From Octopus vulgaris (Eukaryota), in NCBI GenBank assembly GCA_951406725.2, contig OX597815.1:150164001-150228000 (forward strand): a stretch of DNA of 64,000 nt, given 5' to 3'. Both the position numbers and the translations under genes were made by a program. The notes under the pieces were generated by a model that did not search any database, had not been told where the DNA came from, and saw only the letters and a list, made by a program, of their open reading frames with translations. Shown in pieces: positions 13,260 to 27,707 of this stretch (position 1 is its first letter; every line of letters begins with the position of its first letter).

Positions 13260-14015
13260 ATGTGTCACAACGCGACCAACAACGGCAACATGTGAAAATG
13301 TTGAAAGACATCGTCTAGGATATCATTGAGAACCTCCCGAATCCCTGCTTCCAAGTGTACGAGGTTTGTCTTTTGTGTAATCCCACCTTTTTTTTTTCTT
13401 TTGTAATCCCACAGTTAAAAATCACATGGATTGAGATCTGGATTTCTTAGAATTCTTGACTTCTGGAATTCTGCGATCACGGTCTTTAGTTTTAGCTCCT
13501 GCAAATAATGGAGTTTCCACGGGCGAAAATTCAATTCGTTATGCAACACCGTACAAATTGTGTGTCCAATTTCACGAGCTGCATGACGTGCTGATTTTTG
13601 CAGGCTGTAATTAAAAATTTCCTGCACTGTTGCCACGTTTCCCGCTGATCGGGACGTGGTTGGACGTCCATTTTGTCTTGCATTGTCCACAGAACCCGTG
13701 GTCGTCAACTTTACGTGACATCATTTTATTGTCTCCGAACGTAGTGTTGCATACTTCCCTTTTCATGCACGCCGCTATCTCTGAACCAAAACATTGGAAT
13801 TCCACACTTCATAGCGTGCTGCTATCTTAGCTCGCTCCTGAACAGTCAAGCGAGCGGCCATCTGGAAAATAGGAAATAACAAATAAGACAATAAGAAAAT
13901 TTAAAAAATACCCAATTAATGTTGTCTGTTTAAAAAAATGTTTTCGTCATAACTTCAGCGATACTAAAAGTTCCATAAGCAATTTCTAATGCCTAGTTAC
14001 TTTTCACCTACCCTG
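13260..14015 (-). mobile_element. Deleted Tc1/mariner-superfamily transposon (rosa/DD41D-like)
   Basis: ORF 13415-13708 encodes TGSVDN..GRPTTSRS..KSARHAARE..LNFRPWK fused to PDLNPCDF. The terminus TA|CAGGGT is at 14015. Family assignment rests on the TIR and SPDLxPCDF style only. Confidence 0.7.
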
Positions 14016-15002
14016 TATATATACACAGACATACAAACACACACATATTTCAGACACGTACTCATATCTGTATATGTATACAAGCATACGCATACACACA
14101 TATAAACTGACATATATACACGTGTGTATTCGTGTGTGTATGTGTGTGTGTGCGTGTGTGTGTGTGTGTGTGTGCGCGCGCGCGTGTACGCTCCCACGTT
14201 AGTGGATGATAGTCTCAAAATATTGGTCAGTGATTAGTTCGTTTTTAGTTCAGAAATGAAATCCTCATCATGATGTGAATGTTTTGATTGAATTTACAGC
14301 ACGTTGCAATTTTATTTACATCATTCATATCACAAATTAACCATTGCAGATATTTCTATTCGGCAGTCTGAACTATTATGTGTTCGTTTTATGAATGGAT
14401 GCAAAGGTCACAGGAGATTACGAATTACATAAATTTTAAATAAAATAATTAATTATGTGATTTCCAACAAAATGATAGTGTGCAAATAGAAATTGCGAAT
14501 ATTAAGAAAATGTATAAATTTGATGTTTAATCTTTCCAATCTTCGCAGTTATCATCTAAAAAAATTCCATTTCTATTACATTACTCTGTTGGGTATTCAT
14601 ATAAAGACAAGGGGAATGAAAACCAGTTTGGGTTATCATGAAATTTTAATTCAATCGTTATGTCGCATCACAGAATTAAAATGTTTCACTCGTGATCATT
14701 TTAATATATTACGAGTTGGTTCATAACAAGCTGAACAATAGGACGTTATAGAAAAGACGCTTGTATGGAGGTTAATGGGAGGTAACGTTAACGACGTCGT
14801 CGTCTATGATAAGGTTTTGAAGAAGGAAGAAAAACGACTACGACTATTCTGCTTCAAAAAAACCCTACGACTATTCTGCTTCAAAAAACATTAAGCTGAA
14901 TAACGGTAGCTTTAATGTACACTAATTGTTATTAAATTCTAAGGCATTATAAAAACATATTTATAATTCTGGTCAATTACACAAAAACGCAAAATATTAT
15001 AT

Positions 15003-15060
<58 letters not shown>

Positions 15061-15093
15061 CATACATGCATACATATATATATATATGTGTGT

Positions 15094-15129
<36 letters not shown>

Positions 15130-15934
15130 ATTCATACATACATATATATTGATAGATAGACATAGATGCGTGTATGTGTGTATGTGTGTGTGTGCGTGTG
15201 TGTGTGTTTGTGTGTGTGTATGTGTGTGCGTGTGTGATATATTGAAGAGAAAGACACTGATTTCGTGGAAAAGTAAAAAAAAAAAACTGTTTTGATTATG
15301 ATGGGAAAAAGCAGATGATCGGCTTTAACTAAAGAAAAGTAAGAAAATTATTACTCTAATGTTGCTTTTCTCCTTTCCACATAATTATTGTTAATTTTAA
15401 GGTTTAGTAGATTAGCTAGATTTGAACAATCTTGAATATACTCTTACGAACCCCCACCTCCCATTAGTGATTCAGCAATTCGGTATTGTGTAGGCTTTGC
15501 TGATGAGACCCAATATCATTGAAACAAGCCAAGAAATATTTCATTTCCCGAAGTAAATGAAATGTTAAACATTGAGCTAAGTTTGTCTTATTCTATAATT
15601 ATTTCTAGTTGGTGATTTGATGTTCAACATAATTCATAATTATGTACTGAACATCAAATCACTAAAGCAAGACAGTTGAAATGTTTTTCTAATATATTTG
15701 TCAGCATTTTTATTTCTTATGCATAAAAGAACAAAAACGACTAATACTAAATATAGTCCAATATTTTCCTTCCTACTATTCTACCCTTTAACACTTAGCC
15801 AAAATGATAAGGGCCGCACCTATGAACCTCCTTAGAATTGTGAGACTCATTGGAGGTGGTGATGGTATACTGGATAAAGTTACCAATCTAAGAGCAATCC
15901 AACTTGATCATCGTATTTCACTTACCATTTAGTA

Positions 15935-16090
15935 TTGGGTTGGTGCATAATTATTGCGACTTTTTTTCAACAAATTTTATTCAACAAAAACAATAACAAC
16001 ATGTAGCAAAAACATCTTTAAACGATTATTCCGGAGAATATTCACTGTCTACTTGAATTACTGCTTTCCCATTTGCTTGTCAGATGCAAT
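15935..16090 (-). mobile_element. mariner 3' end with TIR
   Basis: TA|TTGGGTTGGTGCATAATTATTGCG resembles Hsmar1/MADE1-type TIRs. The minus strand encodes a mariner-like C-terminus (SKWE..VIQVDSEYSPE*). Confidence 0.7.
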
Positions 16091-16309
16091 CAACACCAGG
16101 ACTTGTCTGATACTTGATATTATCGACCACAAATGTATAAGAGGAAATTGTGACCTCAGCAGAATTTGAAATGAGAATGTAAAGATTCGAAACACACACC
16201 CTAAATTATTCCCTCGACTTTCTAATAAATCTGACTGTTCACTGCTTTCAGACATGTTAACAATAATACTCATACTAATGATAACAAAAAGACACAGGCG
16301 TACATATCC

Positions 16310-17245
16310 ACATCTATGGCAGTTAAATTCTTGAGATCCATGGACGAGGTCTCTCCAGCAGTCCTTGTCCCTCATCATCGCTGCTATGTACTGCGCCTCC
16401 CAGAGATCAGTTTTTGCCCTTAGGTCATCAACATATGTCATCCTAGGTTTCCATTTTCTTGTGTGTCCATGTAGGGGCTCCCACAGGAGCACTGAATTCT
16501 GTATCATCTCTGAATAACGGTGAGCATGTCCAGGTTACCTCGGTCTCCTCTGTGTTATTTTCGAGCCAACTTTTGGAAGGCTCTCGTACAGCTCTGAGTA
16601 TTTCATAGCCTGCGTATACTGATTAATGTTCAGGGCCACCCTCAGCATTTTCGTGTAGCACTCATCTACCATCTGAGTGAGTTTCTTGGTCAGTGTCCAA
16701 ATCTCAGACCCGTGCACCAGCACAGACTCAACTGCAGCAACGAAGTGATGGACCTTCAGGTCTTTACGAAGGTCCGACTTCCATACAGCTCTCGATTTGT
16801 GGCTTGATGCCCAGGCCTTGCTCTTCCTCTCAGCTATATCATTCTCTGTGGCGGCGAGCTGGCAGAAACGTTAGCACGCCGGGCGAAATGCGTAGCCGTA
16901 TTTCGTCTGTCGTTACCTTCCGAGTTCAAATTCCGCCGAGGTCGACTTTGCCTTTCATCCTTCCGGGGTCGATAAATTAAGTACCAGTTACGCACTGGGG
17001 TTGATGTAATCGACTTAATCCCTTTGTCTGTCCTTGTTTGTCCCCTCTGTGTTTAGCCCCTTGTGAGTAGTAAAGAAATATATATCATTCTCTGTGTTCC
17101 CAACGTTTGCTCCCAAATACAGGAAGATTCCAACCAAATCTAATAGCTTCTCGCCTACATTCATAATCTGCTCTGGCTTCCCAATATTCTCTACCAGATA
17201 TTTCGTCTTAATCTCATTCATTTCCAGCCCCACATACCCACATAT
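16310..17245 (-). mobile_element. RTE-clade LINE fragment (RT C-terminal region), interrupted by a SINE
   Basis: GLEMNEIKTK..FLYLG..ENDI | ..VLVHGSEIWTLTKK..ECYTKMLR..; LLWEPLHGHTRKWKPRMTYVD..M.DKDCWR. Contains stop codons. Confidence 0.85.
16851..17080 (+). mobile_element. Full-length Nin/Deu SINE (tail type B) with TSD
   Basis: Head ggcggcgagctggcagaa, B-box gagttcaaattcc, Nin/Deu-like core and tail ttagccccttgtg.gtagtaaagaaata. TSD tatatcattctctgtg at 16835-16850 and 17081-17096. Confidence 0.92.
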
Positions 17246-17352
17246 GTCATTTATACGCACCCATTCATACGAACCCGTATATAATGACTTGAATATGTTC
17301 AGGCCTAAACTACGCTAGCAAATACACACACATTTTAGTGTTAAAAAAATTT

Positions 17353-17673
17353 GGCACGACGTCAGTTACGACAACCAACGTTCCAGTTGATCGACTGAAT
17401 GGTACATCCTACTCAAGAAATTAACGTGCAAGTGGCTCTGTACTCCACAGACACGCGTACTCTTAACGTGGTTCTCAAGGAGATCCAGTATGACACAGAA
17501 TGTGACAAGGCTGGTCCCTTTGAATTACAGGTACAACTCATTTTTGCCAAGTGAGTGAACTGCAGCAACGTGAACTAAAGTGTCTTGCTCAAAGACAGAT
17601 CGCACGGTCGGGAATAGATCACACGATCTAATCAGCGTGAGCTGAATAGCCCAAACCACTAAGCCACGCACCT
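17353..17673 (-). mobile_element. tRNA-derived CORE-type SINE
   Basis: A-box tggcttagtgg, CORE-like ttgagcaagacact...cactca.ttggcaaaaatgagt; 3' part shared with 40199-40584. Confidence 0.75.
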
Positions 17674-17758
17674 TGACGGGTTTTTATTTGACGAACATAT
17701 ACATGCATCTATGTATGTATGAGCACGAGCGCATGCGTTTGTGTGTATATGTGTGTGC

Positions 17759-17806
<48 letters not shown>

Positions 17807-18371
17807 CATACATAAAAATATTTATCTATGTATACGTATGTATATACATGTGCGCTTGTGTGTCTTCGTATACTCTTCACTGCACATATATGTCTACATC
17901 TCTATGTACGTATACATGTATAAATTACTTATTTCCATCGTAGTATGAAGTTTAAAGCAAACGTTCTTTCATACAAGAAATCTATTTATTGCAGATTATT
18001 TAAGCAACATTCTATGAATATTAGTAGTTTATTTTAAATATCATAGCCATTGCTGATAAACATATTCAAGGCCGCGTTCAAAATTGACAGTGTATACATT
18101 AGCTAGTGTTAATCTACATATTGTATAACGCCATTATGCATTTTAAATGTCAACTATGTATGAAAACATAATTTATTTTCATATCAGTTTGAAGTGATGA
18201 GCTACTAATATCACAATATTTTTTCACGATGGATATTTTCAAACGAACTATTTTTTATTTTGTATGCAACTAAACTCCAATTTGTGAGAAAGGAAATAAG
18301 TGATATCAGCAGTGTTGAATACAGCGATTAAGAATAGCAATATTTTTATAATGTTAAATAGTTATATTCTA

Positions 18372-18582
18372 TTTCGTTTTTAGATTTCGTTTGCAAGATT
18401 CTCTATATGAGTTTGTGTGTTGAAGAATATTCTGTTGTATATGGGGAAAGTCGTCTTCTTTTTGTGCCTTATGATTTAACACACACACCGGTTAAAATTT
18501 CTACTTACTGCCTATTTTTATTTCCCTAATATTTTCGTTGCGTCTTGCAAACGTTTCAATAGTCTTGACTCTGTCCGTTATT
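18372..18582 (-). mobile_element. Family F3 repeat copy
   Basis: Reverse complement of the 1530-1735 segment. Confidence 0.7.
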
Positions 18583-19237
18583 TACAATGCATTCCTTTTT
18601 GTTTGTTTGTGCGCTTGCGTGTGGGTCAGTGTGTGTCTGTGTGTGTGTGCCTGTGCATGCATGTACGTATGCATGTATGTGTGTATGTATGCATGCATGT
18701 GTGTGTATGTATATACTATGCCTCTATGCATATGTATATATGTATTATGTGTGTACATTTGTATGTATGTATTCTGCATATTCATGTGCTTGTCCGCCCG
18801 TGTTTGTGTATTTTCTATGTATGTGTGTGTGAGCGTGTGTTTGTATATGTATGCACCTCTGACTCCTTGTGTGTACATTTCTCAGTGTGTGTGTGTGTAT
18901 TGCAACTATGTACCATGTTTGTATTATGGATGTGCATTTCTATATTCTATTACGTATCTTGGTGTTCTGACTTCAAATCCCGACGGAGTTAAATTTACCT
19001 TTTATCATTCTAGATTCCATGAAATAAAATACGTGTTAATTACTCTTGTGGATGTAATTGAATTTTCCCTGCATCAAAATATTTGGTCTTCAGTCAATGA
19101 TATCAGAAGGCAAACGTTATTTGTTCCCCGAAATGCCGTTTTGGGAAATACAGTCCGGCAAGAGGACACAACGGCCGCAGTCAAATGGCTGAAACAAATA
19201 AAAGAATAAAAGGACACACACACATACACACACACAC

Positions 19238-19302
<65 letters not shown>

Positions 19303-19310
19303 TATATACA

Positions 19311-19513
19311 CTGTTGTGTCTGGGGTGAGTAATTCTCTTTTGATGCCTTATAATTTAACACACTGACCGATAAAATTTCCACTTATTTCTTTTACCGGGA
19401 AGTGTGTTAAATTATAAGGCACTGAAAGAGAACGACTCTCCACAGACGCAACAGAGTATGCTTCAACACACGAACTCACGTAAAGAATCTTGCAATCCAA
19501 ATTCAAAAACGAT
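19311..19513. mobile_element. Family F3 repeat copy with inverted segment
   Basis: Arms ~19311-19375 and ~19392-19455 (gccttataatttaacacact / agtgtgttaaattataaggc), then an unpaired tail. Lies between TA tracts. Confidence 0.75.
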
Positions 19514-19518
19514 ACATA

Positions 19519-19592
<74 letters not shown>

Positions 19593-19594
19593 AA

Positions 19595-20130
19595 ACTTAG
19601 GGAATGGAGTAGAGAATATGCAGGCTACATGTTTCGTAGCTAGCACAACCTCGGAAGTAGTAAATTATCTAGAATATTTGGTCTTCTTGTTTAGAGGCAT
19701 ATCCTTTAACGACAATTTTAGCTTTATTTTGTCCATTCCCATGTCCGCCACGGGATTAACATTCCCGAAGCTAGAAATGAGTATTGACATGTAAAGATAA
19801 GTTCCAAGGATGAAGATGTAAGGAAGATATAGAGCTTCAATCTGTAGAAAATATTTAAAAAAACAACTTTCAGGAACAACAATGGTTTATTGACGCAGAA
19901 TTTTGTGATTTTTTTCCGTACGATAAGCTGAAAAGAGTTAATTGTATAGTTCATGGTTAGCAAAATTCCCGTAAAATTAGGGAATGAAGTAAATAAAATA
20001 CATGCTACATATGTTTGATAGCCTCCGAAACCTAATATACCTCTAACCAACAAAGCCGAATATTTTGGAAAATTTACTACCCTCTTGGTTCCGCAAGCTA
20101 TGGATTTTATCTGCTCCATTCTCTAATTTG
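19595..20130. repeat. Diverged inverted repeat (~100-bp arms)
   Basis: ttagggaatggagtaga..gtagtaaattatctagaatatttgg..ttagaggcatat versus atatacctctaa..ccgaatattttggaaaatttactac..tctgctccattctctaa. Confidence 0.6.
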
Positions 20131-20349
20131 GGGGTGTTTATTCGCATATACGACGAGAAAATTCTATAATAACGAAATTTTTTTAGAAATTTCTGTCGGC
20201 TTGCTTCGAGATGCGTGCTTATAATAATGAATTATATGGTTCTTGACGATTTAAGTCTATTTTCGGCATATTTGGCATTGGATTTTTTTTTGCCCTTGTT
20301 TATAAGTTGTGTATATATATATATAAATATGTGTGTGTATGTATACCTT

Positions 20350-20710
20350 CGTGTGTCTGCCCCGCCCCCCACCATCGCTTGACAACTGATGTTGGCGTAT
20401 CTACGTCCCTGTAACATAGCGGTTCGACTAAAGAGACCTATATGATAAGTACTAGTCTTACAAATAGTCCTGGGTTGGATTTGCTCGACTAAAAGCGGTG
20501 CTCCAGCATGGCCACAGTCAAATGACTTAAACAAATAAAAGAATAAAAGAATATTACGACAGGCTTCTTTCAGTTCCCGTTTACCAAATGGACTCGCAAT
20601 CGGGACCTATATCCGAAGACACCTGTCCAATGGGACACGCAGTAGGACTGAACTGAATAATGCTGGGACGCAATCAATCTTCTTAGCCACACAGCCCCGC
20701 TTGCACCTAG
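20350..20710. mobile_element. Two CORE-SINE halves in opposite orientation
   Basis: 3' half on plus (20350-20552, ends gcatggccacagtcaaatgacttaaacaaataaaagaataaaag); 5' half on minus (20556-20710). Confidence 0.75.
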
Positions 20711-21357
20711 GAAACAGCATATAAATGTAACCATACTGATCATACTTAGCTATATGAAATAGAGGGAATGTCAAGGCGAACTTGGATGCTGCTGTAGCTC
20801 TTGCCTATTCATTTATTGTTATTTAACATTCATTGAAGAAAATCACTTTTACATCAATAACGCATGCAATGTTTTACTTCAACAGACATTTCAATCTGAA
20901 ACTTAATTTCGAACTTTTAAAACATCATTAAATAAAAGTGACTGCATATTTTTATGTTACAGATTTTGACAAAATTCGATTTTAGATTTTGAAATATTTT
21001 GATCTTTTTCTTCTCTTTCCATTTTATGACAACTTATTAGTGAAATATTTTCTGGTTTTAAGGGGGAAAATTAAATCAAAATGAGAAAATAAATAAGTAA
21101 AGAAATGTGAATATGAATTCTTATCGTTGGTTGGAACTATTAAATGTGTATTTAATAGTTCACCGGTTCAAACTTCTCACCAACAAAACCAGTAACTATG
21201 TTTATTGGCCATTCACTGAATATTTATTACAAGTGAATGTATTTTTTTGTTCCTGAATTTGCTATATCTGGTTAAAATATGAAAAAACAAATCGAACAGT
21301 TATATATGTTTTTCATGTGAATTATAAATTCCTTGTTCTTGCATTATACATAATATC

Positions 21358-21398
<41 letters not shown>

Positions 21399-21450
21399 TC
21401 ACACACAACAATACAAGAATAAGCAATGTATATATATATATATACATGTG

Positions 21451-21518
<68 letters not shown>

Positions 21519-23072
21519 CTACTTGCATTTTATTATTATATCCTCTTTATATTCTTGTTGTTCGATTTGCCTCGGACTCTCCTGTAAAATATCAGAAAAA
21601 CACATTTATCTTAAAGACATTTATAATTTTATTCACCTGAATAAATTCGGAGATGACTTTCTATTTCCATTGGAGTGTGTACTTCTTTGCTTTTCTAAAT
21701 CCTGATTGGCTTTCAATTTGTCTGTCTAAAAATAAAATGATAAAATGTATATGGATGCATAACGTCAATACCTCAATGAGATTCTAAGATATTTTCTATT
21801 TCTAACTTTAAAATATGTTTTTCATTTCAGTTCTGTGGTTTCATAGATTATTTTGGTTGTGACATTTACTTAAAGAACAGCACTGCTTCCCCATTATTAT
21901 TATCGCACTCTCCATTATGTATGATTTAACATCTGCTTTGTCATGTAGACTTAGAATGCGGCAGGACCACAAAATTGATTTCTTCCGGCAGTTTTCCAAT
22001 ATTTCCTTTTTGAGACCTAACCCTTTTAGGTCACTCCTAATCAATGCAGTCTAGTGATTTTAACACGACGACCAGCTTATGAAACTCTTCTTACCAGGTT
22101 TCCAGTATCTATTATATGTGAATTATTCCATAATACATATAGTTTCTCATGCTAGAAACAGACCATGCAGTTAATAATATGACAATTTCTTGCTTTGCTT
22201 TTGCTCCCAATATATTCTACATTCATCTCGGATGCACACATATAATGCTTGTAATTATCGATCACTTCGCACTAGGCACTAAGCCAATTTTTCAAGGCAT
22301 GGAAATATATTGGGAATGAATCAATCCCAGTATTCTATTGTTGTTTACTCTATTCCGTCAGAAGAGACGAAAAGCACCGCTTTCAGCCTACGTAATGTCT
22401 ACGGGTAGCTAAATTGAATATACATTTCAAATCGGTCCTATAAAATTTCTGCCAAATAAATGACATTACAGTGAGTAAAATCATTTAAGTTTCTCAGATA
22501 CCATGACTGACAATATTATGCAGCTTTTCGTTTTAAAATTATCCTTAAAGATCAAGGCAAATATTATCTTTGTAAATGTGAATTTCCACTGAATCCACGC
22601 ATTGTGTCTGCATAAATTACTGACCTCAATGTCGCAATGACTCCGAGAATTCCTCTGCACGAATAAACAATAGTTAAATTTCTATTAAAATACTTATTAT
22701 GGCGTATATATAATATCGAACTCAAAATATATATGTTGTGACCAAATACTTTCAGTAGTTCAACTGGTACTCGTTTTGGCAAACACAAAAAACAAGTCTT
22801 CTCCAGACAAGACGTTTAGTATTTAGACTCACTCAACATATAAACAAAAATCGTAGCATGTCGGATTATTTATGATTTCGGATTGGTTGAACAACCATTC
22901 GAAAATCATGTATCTGGTAGCCTTGGCTTATAACCACGACAATTACTTCTGGCTGCGTGGGTTTGGCATAGAGTAGACAGGATATTAGCGGTGAATTGCT
23001 GTATGAGAGCCAGTTTTCTAATCTCTTCATTTCTCCAAGACACTCATACAATCAAAATCTCTTTCTCTCCAC

Positions 23073-23107
<35 letters not shown>

Positions 23108-23376
23108 CTTTTCCTCCTTTGTCTCTATGTACATGTGTTTGTTTAAAATTCCATACATATATATATATATAGAGAGAGAGAGAGTGTCGTATATATATAT
23201 ATATAGAGAATGATACATACATACATAATTCTCAACAAAATGAGAATACACCGTATATTCAGAATATAACTGAAGTTCAATATATTTCATATAAGAAGTT
23301 CGCGTCAATTTTCACCCGTGCATTTTCGAATGAATAAAGATATACGCGAAACATGGATAGACGTTATGGCTTGCGT

Positions 23377-23408
<32 letters not shown>

Positions 23409-23411
23409 TTG

Positions 23412-23448
<37 letters not shown>

Positions 23449-24462
23449 GGGGGGTGCGTGTGTGTATACATACACATACATATACATAAATACTTATGTG
23501 TTCGAAACTAACACGGTTGATAAAATTCTTGACAACTTTTCCAACTCTAAATTCTCAATTTCTACTTTGTCTCATGAGGACACACCCAGAGTTGTCAACT
23601 CAATCATATTTTCTCCTTTGTATATTTCAAGTTGTCGCTGGTTAATTTTATCTAGTGGTCAAATAAATTTTCACCCACCAAACGAAATTTGGTACCAGTG
23701 ACAAACGCTGTACTGACCGGCCACTATGTAAATCTTCAGTCCCCTTGTGAGTTACTATATATATCGTCTTTTCTTCATTTATCAATGGCCTTAGTTTCTT
23801 CTTCTTCTTCATCTTCTTCTCCTCCCCTTCCTCTTCTACTACTTGTTATTCTTCTCCTTCTCTTCCTCCTCATCATTCTTCTTTCTTCTTTCGTAAGTAT
23901 TTTTCGTCCATCCTCCCGATTTGATCTCTATTCTAATTACGCATCTCCTGGGCACACTTTTATTTACTTTTTACCCCCCACCCCGATATGGCCCAAAAAG
24001 CAATGACTCGAAGATGCACAATGCGAAAGCGTATTTTGGATGAAAGTCTGATGAACTGCCACTCCAACGTCTAAAACAGCGAACATTACGTAAAATTTGA
24101 TTTCGAATTTTGCGTAAACTGGCATTGCAAGCAGAGTTGGTCTAGAAACAACTGGAACAATTGTAACTGGAAATACCCTAGCATTATACCATAACAGGAT
24201 CTAAGGCATATATATGTATATATATACAAAATAAGCAACAAGGATATCCAGAGGTAATGCAGTACGATCGTTTCATGCAACCTCATTTAATTGAACAATT
24301 TAAAATGTAGAGCAATCTTCAGCTGCATAAAGACATAGAATGTAATTAAATTAGGACACATTAGTATAATTTTACCCAAAATCTTCAAAAGGATAAGGAG
24401 ATAGACAAAGAACATCGTTTACCAACAACATCACAGTTGTAATTTATGTGTGTGTGTGTGTT

Positions 24463-24511
<49 letters not shown>

Positions 24512-25106
24512 TTGTGTGTGCATTTGCGTGTGTGCGTGATTTCAGGCCCAAAGAAGTATTAAATAGCTGAAGAAATAAAATTTATATTAATCAAAGGACA
24601 TACTGAGTATGTCTACTTGCTGGAAATAACAGTGATAATAATTTCAGAAATGAATCGTCTGCGACCAAACACTTCTAGAGAATCATTCAACATATATTCT
24701 AGTATTTGGAATCACGTGGACCGGTTTCTGGACTGGCGTTATAGCCTCACCTTTTTCAACACGAGTTACGATGATGAAAAGAATCTCCAATACGTCACGT
24801 CGAATTCTGCGCTGCACTGATTTGCTTCGCTCCAAATCAGAGCTGTCTCAGTGCTAGAAAATAATAGTCAATAACATTTTCGCAAGTATTTTTCTCCTGA
24901 ATAATTTGCTACGTATTGAAATTATATAAAATATATATACACAAACAAAATAAAACAACATCCTCTTTTTGATATATATATATCGCGGTACAAACTTTCT
25001 GGATGAATTCGAATGAACGAATGAAAGCGCTATTAAAGAATTATTCAAATTTCTGACTGCCTCCTTCTTAATATACAATATCTGTACACCACTTCAAACA
25101 TTCTAT

Positions 25107-25208
<102 letters not shown>

Positions 25209-25429
25209 ACATATTTATTTGCACGTTTGAAAATTAATGTAAGTGATGTCGCTTCAGCCGGTATGCATATTCAGCTAGCTCCAATGCATAGACGACTGGT
25301 TCGTTGCATTCTGAGACTCTTGAAAACAGAAAAACTGAATTATGTGTCTTGTAGAGGGTATTATTTTTCAGTCACTTGAAGTAGTATTACTTTCTATGGC
25401 TACTTTCTATGGCTACAAAATAGCGTAAT

Positions 25430-25883
25430 ACTTGAAGTAGTATACCAAGATAATGGCATCAGTGCAATACGAGTGAAGATACACCAATCATCGAACAACT
25501 AAAGATAACGAATCCTCGAACTGGGCTTAACTGGATGTCACCGAATCTCCCGTTCTCAACATCTAGAGCACTAACTCTATACTTCACATCTTAGATTTCA
25601 AGTGCCGTCGCCTTTTCAATACATGCCGTGAAGAAGTGACCTAAATGGCTTAGATCGTGAAATATTCAAAGAACACTTGAACAAACTTATCTCAGAGATA
25701 ATACATAAAAACCACCTTATGACAAGGAACGCAAATATGGTCGACTTCCACCAGAACCACTGATTCACCAGAACCAAAAACAGATGCCCAGTGTTGATAT
25801 AATAGTGCGTCAACAAAGGAACACACAAATGCAGATGCCCCAGCAAGGACGGGACTCTTTAGCTGAATCAAGTAAAATAAAAA

Positions 25884-25885
<2 letters not shown>
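25430..25885 (+). mobile_element. CR1-like LINE 3' fragment
   Basis: Degenerate translation RLFNTC..EIFKEHLNKLISEI, typical of CR1-type ORF2 ends. Tail gccccagca...gctgaatcaagtaaaataaaa. Confidence 0.55.
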
Positions 25886-25970
<85 letters not shown>

Positions 25971-26430
25971 TTATATGTATATATAATACAAGATGGCACA
26001 AGAACGGAAAACAGCCGGCCGGACAGTAAGGTGATACAAAAATGGGACAACAAAACATCCAGATATACGATACAAAGAAAACAAAGACGGTTCATTCGAA
26101 GTTTTCTTTCTTCAGTAAAGTACCATATTATCTTCGCAATGTCGGCTGATTATACTTGCGATTGCTTCATTCTGGCCAGCCCCAAGGAAAAAACTAAGCT
26201 AAGAGCATTAGATTCCTTGGAGGAAAGCAGCGAATGTATACAAAAACAAGGACGGCAAAAAATGGACAGCGTGATACAAATACAATAAAATAATAACAGG
26301 ACATAAGAACAGGTGGCTTTCGAATAAGGTCGAATTAAATTAAGCTGGCGTGTGTGGAAATGAAGCCTTATGGCAGGGATACAGGATTCCACAAATACAG
26401 GGAGGAATATCGATGTTGCATATATATATT

Positions 26431-26486
<56 letters not shown>

Positions 26487-26487
<1 letters not shown>

Positions 26488-27575
26488 TGTCATGACAGGA
26501 GTAAATAGATACCCTATAAATCGCTTTATGTTTATACTAATTTGTAAATGTTTATATTTTACATTAGTTGACATTTTTACGTTTCAGGTTCTATATGTGA
26601 CTGTATAATCATACCATGTACAAAAGAAGCCATGGAATTGCCTGAATTTCAAACGGGCCGTATTGTGGGTCATTCTGAATGTGGTCATAGCGTAGAATCG
26701 GAGAAGACCTTGGGATCCTGCTTTCTACAGTTAATAGTGATTGTGCAATTTACTAGAGAGTGGAAGAAGTCCATATCACATCGCCTAGATTAATTAGAGA
26801 TCTCTGACAGGACTCTTCTCTTTGTTAAGGGAAGTGTGGAGAATAATCCTCATTTCAAAGCCGTGACATAGCAGAACAAGTTTATATCAGTCCCAGAACA
26901 GCTCTCAGGTTTACTCATAAACTTGGTTACTATGCTAGAGCAGCAAGTAGGAAGCCATCTCTTCGACCAGCTAGCATCAAGCAGAGAAAAGAATGAGCCA
27001 CTGAGATTGTGGAGAGGCCACTAGCAATTTGGGACACAGTCATATTCTCTGATTAGTCCAGATTTGCAGTATTTCCTGCGAGCGGTCGAGTGTGGGTCTG
27101 GAGAATCTGTGATCAAAATATTCATCAGAAAAGATTGCAGCCAACTATGAAACACGGCAGTGATACTGTGAAGGCCTGGAAAGCAATTTGGAGCAATCGT
27201 TGAGTAGAGGGGAGACATAAATTCAGATAAATATGTAACCATATTGCAGAAAGGACTCCTTCCAATCATCTCCAATATAGAAATGATTAAAAAGGACTCT
27301 TTATTTATGGCAGATGCGGTTCCTTGTCACACGGCTAAAATGACACAAGATTTGTTGGACGAGGATGGCATTAAAAAGGTTCCATGTCACCAGATATGAA
27401 CCCTATTGAATACTTCTAGCATATAATGGACAATACACTTCTGGAAAAGAACAAGAAAGTATCTTCAAAGCCAGACCTTTTGAGATTACTACATGAAAAT
27501 TGACAAGAAATTCCTGAAGAAAACATTGGTCATTTTAATGGTTATAAGAGTGTCTATTTACTTCTGTCTTCTGTG
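26487..27575 (+). mobile_element. Decayed Tc1 transposon with both TIRs
   Basis: TIRs gacaggagtaaatagataccct / agagtgtctatttacttctgtc next to TA tracts. Motifs ELPEFQTGRIVG, WDTVIFSD*SRF, DAVPCHTAK and SPDMNPIE; many frameshifts. Confidence 0.88.
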
Positions 27576-27579
27576 TTTT

Positions 27580-27642
<63 letters not shown>

Positions 27643-27667
27643 GCGCGTATATGGGGGTGTGTATAAG

Positions 27668-27707
<40 letters not shown>

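Noticed and set aside
18538-19209. Longest ORF (223 aa)
   Set aside because: It spans an F3 repeat end, a degenerate TG/TA tract and SINE fragments; no domain.
21930-22110. Possible RTE 3' remnant (also 51700-52150)
   Set aside because: One weak motif each; insufficient without alignment.
24043-24090. CTGATGA..CAGC GAAC hammerhead-like string (also 15495-15535 and 1255-1280)
   Set aside because: Single copies with a broken GAAA box or stems; not distinguishable from chance by eye.
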